64,000 bases of DNA, from positions 4,544,001 to 4,608,000 of the forward strand of contig CAVYRF010000002.1 of the NCBI GenBank assembly GCA_963770895.1, given 5' to 3'. The notes below the pieces were generated by a model. It was given only the letters and a program-made list of their open reading frames with translations. It did not search any database and was not told the DNA's origin. Shown piece after piece: positions 29,597 to 36,570 of this stretch (positions are counted from its first letter, which is position 1; every line of letters begins with the position of its first letter). This DNA comes from an uncultured Acidobacteriota bacterium. Its GTDB lineage: Bacteria; Acidobacteriota; Thermoanaerobaculia; Multivoradales; UBA5704. A program made the position numbers and the translations under genes.

Positions 29597-29977
29597 TCAG
29601 TCGCGGGCGCGAAACTGTTCGAAAAGAAGGTGAGCGGAATCGCGTGCTGCGGTCGGTGCGGTGATGGTGAGCCGAACGCTGTCCGCTTCGTTGTCGATCT
29701 GGAAGGTGAAGAACGGACAGCATTGCGCTTCGCGCTGCACCAGCTGGCGCACCTTCTCCGCTGCTTCAGCCGCATAGGTCAGCTCAAGCCGCAGGTCCTG
29801 GTGTCGATCGGCGCGCAGCGCCCTGCGGTTGAGATCGGCAATCCAGCGGACGCGCTCCTGATAGTCGGCCGCCCCCAGGCTGCACGCGATGGGTGGGCGG
29901 TGGGGTGGCTGAGGTTCCGTGCCGGACCCTGTTCCCGGCGGCGTGATTTCATTGTCGATCATCGAGAATTCGCCCAT
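29597..29977 (-). CDS. Hypothetical protein ('PIACSL...E..CCPFF.F' type, Cys-containing)
   Basis: Motifs PIACSL and EAQCCPFFTF. Start at 29977 or 29962. Confidence 0.75.
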   Translation of the reverse strand: MGEFSMIDNEITPPGTGSGTEPQPPHRPPIACSLGAADYQERVRWIADLNRRALRADRHQDLRLELTYAAEAAEKVRQLVQREAQCCPFFTFQIDNEADSVRLTITAPTAARDSAHLLFEQFRARD

Positions 29978-32169
29978 TATTTTGTCCTCATGTTGTCAAA
30001 GTCCAATTCGCCGGTTGCAGCATGTGCGGTGCGTAGCTCGAAGTCGGCGAAGTCAAAGGTCGCAGTGCCGTTGTCGGCTTCGACGAAGATGCCCGCAAAC
30101 CCTGAGCGCCAGCTGGTTTTTATGGGAAAGCGATCGACTTGCTGGTCATTGATATAGGTGAAGATCTCATCACCTTTGCCTATGACGACCAAAGCATTGG
30201 TCCTCCCAGGTGGATGTATGGCCGTGCTGACAGTGAAGGGGCGGCGCAGGGTGTACTTCGGCCCGCCATCCGACACCACGCTGGAGACCTTGCCTGTGCT
30301 CAGTGCCACTTTGTAGACGTGACGGAAATCGTGACGCCAAAAGAACAGGCCGCCGACGGCACCTTGATTCCCTACGATCTGCGTAAGGTTCACTCTCAGA
30401 TAGAAATCGTCGCCTATCGCTGGAAGCGCCAAAGCCGTATCGTGTGCATCGCGATCTTTGGTTATAGAGAATCGCAGCACCCCGTCCGCAACGGTCGAAG
30501 ACACATAGGTGTTGTTCACCAGGTCCCATCCAGCGGCGAAGCCCTTCGCCAAGCCAGCGGCATCGGGAAATGAGAGCTGCCAGGACCGGGCTTCGGCCAG
30601 GAGCGCCTGCGCCGTTTCCTTGGTCCGTGCATTCTGCGACGCACTCGACGTTTGCGGCCCCGGCAGTTCCCCTTCGCGTTGTGATACCGCGTTGGTGCGT
30701 GGCGGCGGGGGTAGACCCTTGGCAAGACTGGCATCCTTGGTCCCTGCATTTTGCGACGTACTCGCCGTCAGCGGCCTTGCCGGTGCATCCTTTCGTTGTG
30801 ATTTCTCCCCGGTGCCTGGCAGTGGCAGAGTCCCGGCCGGACTGGCATCCGTGGGCGCGGCAAGCAATCTGGCCACTGGCGGTGAAAACCAGGAAACCAC
30901 AGTTATCAGGCCCATGGAAGCGGCCCAGACGACGATGCCGAAGATCAGGCATTTGAGCATCACCTGTGCAGCCTGGGTCGGAGATTGTTTTGCTCTCAAG
31001 TAGGTCAGACGGTCGGCGGGGAAGAGATCGAGCGGTGGACGGATCGGTGGGTGTTTCGCGGCGGCTGGTGCCGGAGCTTGAGTGGGCGTTGCGCCCGCCG
31101 ACGCCGGCGAGGTGGTGGGTACATTTACGGTCAAGGCTACGGCATCTGTGGCTGCCGCAGCCACCCCAGCGGACGTTGCTTCGGCGGTCTTTGCGGCGGC
31201 GGTTGTCGCGCCGGCCAGCACCTCGGCGGCGGCGGTGGCGACCCGCTTGCTGTCGTCGTTCAGGGCGTGCTGGGCGGCGATGCGCGCGGCGTCGCGGAGG
31301 GTGGGGTCGGGGCCGAGCAGGTAGCGGGGGAGCTCGCGGAGGGCGCCTTCGCGCACGCCGGCGAGCGAGCTGTCCAGGGCCTGGCGCAGCTCGACGGGCA
31401 GATCGGGAAGCGGCGGGCGCCAGCCGGGGCGCTGGGCGATGACCAGGGTGCCCTGCTGCTGGTAGGACCAGCGGCGGGGGTTCTGGCGCGGGTTCTCCTG
31501 CACCACCTGTTTGTGGACGTAGTTGTAGAGCTCGTCCAGGGTGACCTGACCGTCGTTGTCCAGGTCGGCTTCGCCGGTCTCCAGGCCGTGGATGAGGTGG
31601 CGGGTGAAGACGGACATGGTGAGCGCTTGGCCGGCGGCGACGACGTCTGCGGGCTCCCAGGCGCGTTCGGTGGAGCTGCTGGCGGTCAGGACGTAGCGGC
31701 CCAGGCCGTTTCCTTCGAAGGTTGTCGCGGGTATGGCGGATTGGCCCTTGGCGCCACGTTCGAAGGCGCCGCTGTAGCAGCAGTCGAGGATCAGGATCTG
31801 CCGGCGGGAGCGGCATTGGTCCATTTCGGCGGTGACGAAGCCGGCGGGGATGGCGGTGGCGGACAGAAAGTCGCTTTCGGTGTCCCGCACCGCCAGGTGC
31901 AGGGCGCCGCGGTCGTCGAGCAGGCCGTGGCCGGTGAAGTAGAGCAGCAGCAGGTCGTCGGGCGTGCGCTTGGCGAAGAAGCGCGCGACCTCGCGGCGGA
32001 CCTTGTCGCTGGCGGCATCCAGGATCGGCGTGACCTGATCGAAGCCGCCGATCGCCGGGTCGCCGAGCACCTTGGTCAGCGCGGCGAGGTCGCCCGGCGC
32101 CGCGCGCAGGGGTGGCAGGGGAGGCTCGAAGAGGCTGCTGCCGACGAGCAGGGCGAGCCGCTGGCTCAA
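29977..32169 (-). CDS. Caspase-family (C14) protease, EACC1-associated type, with TM helix and C-terminal jelly-roll (DUF1080/LamG-like) domain
   Basis: RLALLVG, LYFTGHG (catalytic His), ILDCCYSG (catalytic Cys), SVFTRHL..GL.TGEADLDNDGQVTLDELY, TM 'LIFGIVVWAASMGLITVVSWF'. TTG start overlaps the upstream stop (TTGA). Confidence 0.88.
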   Translation of the reverse strand: MSQRLALLVGSSLFEPPLPPLRAAPGDLAALTKVLGDPAIGGFDQVTPILDAASDKVRREVARFFAKRTPDDLLLLYFTGHGLLDDRGALHLAVRDTESDFLSATAIPAGFVTAEMDQCRSRRQILILDCCYSGAFERGAKGQSAIPATTFEGNGLGRYVLTASSSTERAWEPADVVAAGQALTMSVFTRHLIHGLETGEADLDNDGQVTLDELYNYVHKQVVQENPRQNPRRWSYQQQGTLVIAQRPGWRPPLPDLPVELRQALDSSLAGVREGALRELPRYLLGPDPTLRDAARIAAQHALNDDSKRVATAAAEVLAGATTAAAKTAEATSAGVAAAATDAVALTVNVPTTSPASAGATPTQAPAPAAAKHPPIRPPLDLFPADRLTYLRAKQSPTQAAQVMLKCLIFGIVVWAASMGLITVVSWFSPPVARLLAAPTDASPAGTLPLPGTGEKSQRKDAPARPLTASTSQNAGTKDASLAKGLPPPPRTNAVSQREGELPGPQTSSASQNARTKETAQALLAEARSWQLSFPDAAGLAKGFAAGWDLVNNTYVSSTVADGVLRFSITKDRDAHDTALALPAIGDDFYLRVNLTQIVGNQGAVGGLFFWRHDFRHVYKVALSTGKVSSVVSDGGPKYTLRRPFTVSTAIHPPGRTNALVVIGKGDEIFTYINDQQVDRFPIKTSWRSGFAGIFVEADNGTATFDFADFELRTAHAATGELDFDNMRTK
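30617..30802. repeat. Degenerate ~69-nt direct repeat (period 117 nt) in the caspase extracytoplasmic linker
   Basis: tccttggtccgtgcattctgcgacgcactcg... versus tccttggtccctgcattttgcgacgtactcg...; peptides SASQNARTK and STSQNAGTK. Confidence 0.75.
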
Positions 32170-32585
32170 GGCTCCTTCTTGCCCGCGGCGGGTTTGGCGG
32201 CGGGCGGACCGGCTTGCAGGTTGGCCAGCAGGTCGTTGAGCTGCTGGTGGCTGAATTCGCCTCGCGGCAGGTCGACGGCGAAGGAGCTTTTGCCGCTGGT
32301 CCACTTGATCTTGAGGGTCTTGCCGTCGCCGCGCTTGAGCCAGCTTTGCAGGAAGGTGACGACGCTGGTGAGCACGCCGGGGAGGGCGGCCACGACCAGC
32401 TCGCCGACGGCCAGCAGGTCGCCCTTGGCGCCCCTGGGTGCGGTGCCGCCGGTAGCGAGGCGAGCTTCGACCGGCAGCTGGCGCAGCTCGACCAGCAGGC
32501 TGCGCGTCAGGACGTCGACCTGCTCGGCGTCCAGCCCGTCCCCGCCTATGTGTACGACCAGCTCGACCGGCTCGGTGCCTTCCAC
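32166..32585 (-). CDS. Effector-associated constant component EACC1-like protein
   Basis: 'D.EQVD.LTRSLL.ELRQL.VEA......APRGAKGD.LAVGELVVA....LTSVVTFLQSWL.R'. GAGGT RBS before GTG. Coupled to the caspase gene. Confidence 0.8.
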   Translation of the reverse strand: MEGTEPVELVVHIGGDGLDAEQVDVLTRSLLVELRQLPVEARLATGGTAPRGAKGDLLAVGELVVAALPGVLTSVVTFLQSWLKRGDGKTLKIKWTSGKSSFAVDLPRGEFSHQQLNDLLANLQAGPPAAKPAAGKKEP

Positions 32586-32741
32586 GATGGATACCTCGCT
32601 TGGTGTGCTTTTGGTGATTCTACCAGTTGCGCAGAACCCAAGAGACGTAGGCGGCGGCGTGCAGCTCTTGCGCTGCAGCGCCGGGCACACTAGCCTGAAA
32701 GGTGGTCGCGCAGGCCGCTTCGGCCGTTGCCGCCCGATGCT

Positions 32742-33656
32742 ATGAAGCCGCAGAGCCGCATTCGCCCACCCGCGGTCGCCGGGCAGTTCTATCCCGGCGA
32801 TGCCGCCGTGCTGCGCGCGACGGTCCAGGCGCTGTTGGCCGGTCCGGGCGGCCGCGCCGCGCAGCCGGTGGTGGCGGCGGCGCGGGCAGGTGCCGGCGAC
32901 CAGGGCGGCGACACTGCCGCGGCTGGCGCTGGCGTTCCAGGCCGCCCATCCCCCAAGGCGATCATCGCCCCCCATGCCGGCTACGCGTACTCCGGTCCCA
33001 TCGCCGGCTCGGCCTTCCGGGCTTTGGCTCCGGGCACTGCCGGCGCGGGTGCGGGCGGGGTGCGGCGGGTGGTGGTGATCGGTCCGGCGCACCGGGTGGC
33101 GATCCGCGGTCTGGCGCTGCCCGATGCGGCGGGGTTTGCGACGCCGCTGGGGGAGGTGCCGCTGGACGCGGAGGCGTGCGAGCGGCTGGCCGGGCTGCCG
33201 CAGGTTGCGGTGCGGTCCGACGCGCACCGCGACGAGCATGCGCTGGAGGTCGAGCTGCCGTTTCTGCAGGTGTTGCTCGGCGACTTTCGGCTGGTGCCGC
33301 TGGTCGTGGGGCAGGCATCGGGCGCACAGGTGGCGGAGGCGCTGGAGCTGGTGTGGGGCGACGACCAGACCGTCGTGGTCGTCAGCTCCGACCTGTCGCA
33401 CTTCCTGCCGGCGGCGACCGCCGAGCGCGTCGACCGGCAGACCGCGGCGCGGATCGCGGCGCTGGCAGGACCTTTGGCACCCGACCAGGCGTGCGGCGCG
33501 ATTCCGATCAACGGCCTGTTGATCGTGGCCCGCCGCCGCGCGCTGGCGGCCCGCCAGCTGGACCTGCGCCATTCCGGCGACACCTCGGGGGATCGTTCCC
33601 GCGTCGTCGGCTACGGCGCCTGGGCTTTCGAGCCTCAAAATCATCATGCCGCCTGA
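32742..33656 (+). CDS. amrB: AmmeMemoRadiSam system protein B (MEMO1-like)
   Basis: RPPAVAGQFYP, PHAGYAYSG, GPAH, EHALEVELPFLQ, SSDLSH, CG, VVGYGA. Confidence 0.93.
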   Translation: MKPQSRIRPPAVAGQFYPGDAAVLRATVQALLAGPGGRAAQPVVAAARAGAGDQGGDTAAAGAGVPGRPSPKAIIAPHAGYAYSGPIAGSAFRALAPGTAGAGAGGVRRVVVIGPAHRVAIRGLALPDAAGFATPLGEVPLDAEACERLAGLPQVAVRSDAHRDEHALEVELPFLQVLLGDFRLVPLVVGQASGAQVAEALELVWGDDQTVVVVSSDLSHFLPAATAERVDRQTAARIAALAGPLAPDQACGAIPINGLLIVARRRALAARQLDLRHSGDTSGDRSRVVGYGAWAFEPQNHHAA

Positions 33657-34353
33657 AACTCACATCGGTCGCGATCCGGATGCGGCGCCGGCCGCCGCGG
33701 CAGCCGAACGCGGGCGCCTGCTGTTGGCGCTGGCGCGCCGGGCGATCGAGGAGGCATTGGGCCTGGCTGCCGCGGCCAACGGAGAGCCGGCGGCGACGTC
33801 GGCGAGCCCGGCGGTGTCGGCGAGTCCGGAAGCTGGGTCCGGGGGATCGGCAGACTCGGCGGCGTCGGCGGCGTCGGGAGCGCGGCAGGATGACGCATGG
33901 CTGCGCGCGCCGGGGGCTTGTTTTGTGACGCTGATGCATGCGGGACGGTTGCGCGGCTGCATCGGGTCGGTGCGGGCGCGGCGGCCCCTGGGCGAAGACG
34001 TGCGCGCCAATGCGCGGGCGGCGGCGCTGGCGGACCCGCGTTTTCCGCCGCTGGCCGCGCACGAGCTGGCGGCGACGCGGATCGAGGTGTCGCTGCTATC
34101 GGCGCCCGTGCCGCTTTTGGTGCGCGACGAGGCGGAGGCGCTGGCCGCGCTGCGGCCGGGGACGGACGGCGTGATCCTGGAGATGCGCGGCGGGGAGCGC
34201 TCCACCTTCCTGCCGCAGGTGTGGGACAGCTTGCCGTCACCGCGGGAATTCCTTGGCCAGCTGAAGCGCAAGGCCGGGTTGCCGGCCGACTTCTGGTCGG
34301 CGGACCTGCACCTTTTCCGCTACACGGTGATGCATTGGCAAGAGCCGTCGTGA
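33646..34353 (+). CDS. amrA: AmmeMemoRadiSam system protein A (AMMECR1-like)
   Basis: CFVTL, LRGCIG, DPRF, TFLPQVW, LKRKAGL. Confidence 0.93.
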   Translation: MPPETHIGRDPDAAPAAAAAERGRLLLALARRAIEEALGLAAAANGEPAATSASPAVSASPEAGSGGSADSAASAASGARQDDAWLRAPGACFVTLMHAGRLRGCIGSVRARRPLGEDVRANARAAALADPRFPPLAAHELAATRIEVSLLSAPVPLLVRDEAEALAALRPGTDGVILEMRGGERSTFLPQVWDSLPSPREFLGQLKRKAGLPADFWSADLHLFRYTVMHWQEPS

Positions 34354-34384
34354 TCGCGGCGCGCGATCGAATGGATTTTGGGTC

Positions 34385-34412
34385 TTGACATCGGCCAAAC
34401 GCTTGCTATGAT
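34385..34412 (+). promoter_or_regulatory. Strong sigma70 promoter with extended -10
   Basis: TTGACA-16 nt-TATGAT with TGn immediately before the -10. Confidence 0.85.
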
Positions 34413-34478
34413 CCGCGTCCTTGCACGGTTGGGCTCGATCTTCAAGATCGCCAACCTGACCGTGACGGAGCCGACACG

Positions 34479-34625
34479 ATGAGAGCTCACCAGCCAATCG
34501 ATACGACGGATCGGATTCGCGGCGCCGCCAAACGCGGCGCGCGGGGATCGGATTGCGTCGGACAGCAGCGCTCGCTTTCCGCCCGCCGGGTGGAAGCCGG
34601 GCGCCATGGGGAGCTCGTCTCGTAA
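34479..34625 (+). CDS. Putative 48-aa leader peptide (MRAHQPIDTTDRIRGAAKRGARGSDCVGQQRSLSARRVEAGRHGELVS)
   Basis: GGAG RBS 8 nt before the ATG. Stop lies 26 nt before the terminator stem and overlaps the antiterminator arm. Confidence 0.5.
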   Translation: MRAHQPIDTTDRIRGAAKRGARGSDCVGQQRSLSARRVEAGRHGELVS

Positions 34626-34651
34626 AGGTTTCGCACGCAAAGTGCGGTGCT

Positions 34652-34694
34652 AAAGACCTTCCGGGATGCCCTCCCGGAAGGTCTTTTTGCTTTT
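34652..34694 (+). terminator. Intrinsic terminator / attenuator
   Basis: 15-bp stem AAAGACCTTCCGGGA/TCCCGGAAGGTCTTT, 5-nt loop, followed by TTGCTTTT. Confidence 0.9.
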
Positions 34695-34857
34695 GGAGCG
34701 TCCGCTGCGCGGCACCTGGGACAGCGCATCGGCGTATCTTGCGATCGGGCGCTCCGGCGGCAAACTGAACAGAGGCTTCGCTTCGGGTGGTGCGCGCGCC
34801 TCGCGCAAGCGATGGGTGGCGCGTATTCCAAAACCGGTTCGTAGAGCGCAGCACCCC

Positions 34858-34928
34858 GTGTGGCTAGCTCAATGGATAGAGCGACGGGCGTGGCCCGGAT
34901 GTTGGAGGTTCGAATCCTCCGCCACACG
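34858..34928 (+). ncRNA. tRNA-like element 1 (intact acceptor/D/T arms, shrunken anticodon loop, no CCA)
   Basis: GTGTGGC/GCCACAC acceptor, TAGCTCAATGGATAGAGC D arm, CGGGC-GTG-GCCCG arm, GGAGG-TTCGAAT-CCTCC T arm. Confidence 0.8.
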
Positions 34929-34944
34929 ACAGGCATGGAACCTG

Positions 34945-35017
34945 TCATGGCTAGCTCAATGGTTAGAGCACCGAGCTGATAACTCGGACGTTGGAGGTTC
35001 GAATCCTCCGCCAACCG
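34945..35017 (+). ncRNA. tRNA-like element 2 (Ile GAT anticodon arm, broken acceptor stem, no CCA)
   Basis: TAGCTCAATGGTTAGAGC D arm, CCGAG-CTGATAA-CTCGG anticodon arm, identical T arm. Only TGGC/GCCA (4 bp) of the acceptor stem pairs. Confidence 0.8.
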
Positions 35018-35357
35018 TCAATGGTTGTGTAGCAAGGTCGTGAGGGAGGGCGGCCGGGATCTGCCCGCCGCCGCCGGCCCGCGCCGGAGCGCCGTCTGCT
35101 CCGCCGCGGTGTGCGGTGACGGCAGCATGCGAAGGCGCCTTGCGGTGCCGCTGCCCTGGTCCGTCCAAACGCCGGTTGCTGCCGCGGGTAGCGCATGGCG
35201 GCATGCATCCGGCGGGGACGGCGGGTCAGGAGCGGTGCTCCGCGCCGGAGGTGCGGCGCCTGGCCGCACCTCCCTCTCGACCCCTGGCCTGGCGCGCGCT
35301 CACCGCGGGCGCGTCTTGCCGACGAAGGTGATGTGCGCCGTGGTAAGGAGGTGAGAG

Positions 35358-36458
35358 ATGTGGTGCAAGCTGGTGAAGGTGGCCGCCTACGAGCGCGGCC
35401 TGGTGTTTCGCGATGGTGCGCTGGCGCGCCTGCTGGCGCCGGGTTGGCATTGGCTGTGGGAGCCGTCCGGCGCGGTGCGATTTGAAAAGGTTTCGGTGCG
35501 GGAGCCGTGGGTGCGGCACCGCGACCTGGAGGTGATCGCCAGGTCGGCGGCGCTGGCCGACGAGGCGCTGATCCTGGACCTCAAGGACCACGAGCGGGCG
35601 CTGGTGTGGATCGACGGCCGTCTGGCCGCGGTCTGCGCGCCGGGTCTGTACGTGCTGTGGACGGCGTTTCACGAGGTGCACGTCGAGCGCATCGACGCGC
35701 GGCCGATCCGCTTCGAGCATGCCCAGCTGGCGCTGGTGCTGGCGGCCGACGGCAAGGACCTGCTGGAGTCGCTGGTGGTGCCGGCAGGCTGGGCCGGCCT
35801 GGTGTTCCAGGACGGCCGGCACGCCGCGACGCTCGCGGCGGGCACCTACGCGTTCTGGCGCCGGCTGGCGCAGGTCAAGTTCCAGCTGGTCGACCTGCGT
35901 GAGCAGTCGGTGGACGTGCCGGGCCAGGAGATCATGACCGCCGACCGCGTCACGCTGCGGCTCAACGCGGTGGTGTCGTTCCGGGTTGTCGACCCGGTCA
36001 AGGCGCTCTTGGAGGTGGACGGTTATGACAAGGCGCTGTACCGGCACGCACAGCTGGCGCTGCGGGCGGCAATCGGCACCCGCGAGCTGGACGTGCTGCT
36101 GGCGGAGAAGGACGCGCTGGCGGAAACCCTGGCGGTCGCGCTACGGCAGGGCGTCGCCGCGTTCGGCCTCGAGCTGCGCGCGTTCGGCATCCGTGACGTG
36201 ATCCTGCCGGGTGAGATGAAGGAGCTGCTCAACCGGGTGACGGCGGCCCGCAAGGTGGCCGAGGCCGCGCTGATCACGCGGCGTGAGGAGACCGCGGCGA
36301 TCCGTTCGCAGGCCAACACGGCGCGTATCTTCGAGTCGAACGCGACCCTGATGCGTCTGCGCGAGCTGGAGGTGCTGGAGAAGGTGGCCGGCACGGCCAA
36401 GCTGTCCGTCGTCCTTGGCGACGGCGGCCTGACCGACCGGGTGGTGAAGCTGCTTTGA
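35358..36458 (+). CDS. Slipin family (SPFH/band 7) protein
   Basis: Three N-terminal 'ERGL.F.DG...L.PG.Y/H' repeats, 'GQEIMTADRVTLRLN', 'DVILPGEMK', 'RREETAA.RS.ANTA', 'RLRELE.LE'. Strong RBS TAAGGAGGT. Confidence 0.92.
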   Translation: MWCKLVKVAAYERGLVFRDGALARLLAPGWHWLWEPSGAVRFEKVSVREPWVRHRDLEVIARSAALADEALILDLKDHERALVWIDGRLAAVCAPGLYVLWTAFHEVHVERIDARPIRFEHAQLALVLAADGKDLLESLVVPAGWAGLVFQDGRHAATLAAGTYAFWRRLAQVKFQLVDLREQSVDVPGQEIMTADRVTLRLNAVVSFRVVDPVKALLEVDGYDKALYRHAQLALRAAIGTRELDVLLAEKDALAETLAVALRQGVAAFGLELRAFGIRDVILPGEMKELLNRVTAARKVAEAALITRREETAAIRSQANTARIFESNATLMRLRELEVLEKVAGTAKLSVVLGDGGLTDRVVKLL

Positions 36459-36522
36459 CCGCCCGCCGGCCAGCCCGCGGCAGTTGCGCGGCGTCATTCC
36501 AGACGCTGGTGGCGTGTGCCAC

Positions 36523-36550
36523 CGGCGCGCGGGGTGGCGCCGCTTTTTTT
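36523..36550 (+). terminator. Intrinsic terminator after the slipin gene
   Basis: CGGCGC/GCGCCG stem followed by C and T7. Confidence 0.65.
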
Positions 36551-36570
36551 GCCTTTTGATGCCCTGCCGA

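Noticed and set aside
34858-35017. Calling the two elements canonical tRNA genes, or a CRISPR array
   Set aside because: One lacks a 7-nt anticodon loop, the other lacks a full acceptor stem, and neither has CCA. There are only two units, they are tRNA-derived, and no cas genes are present.
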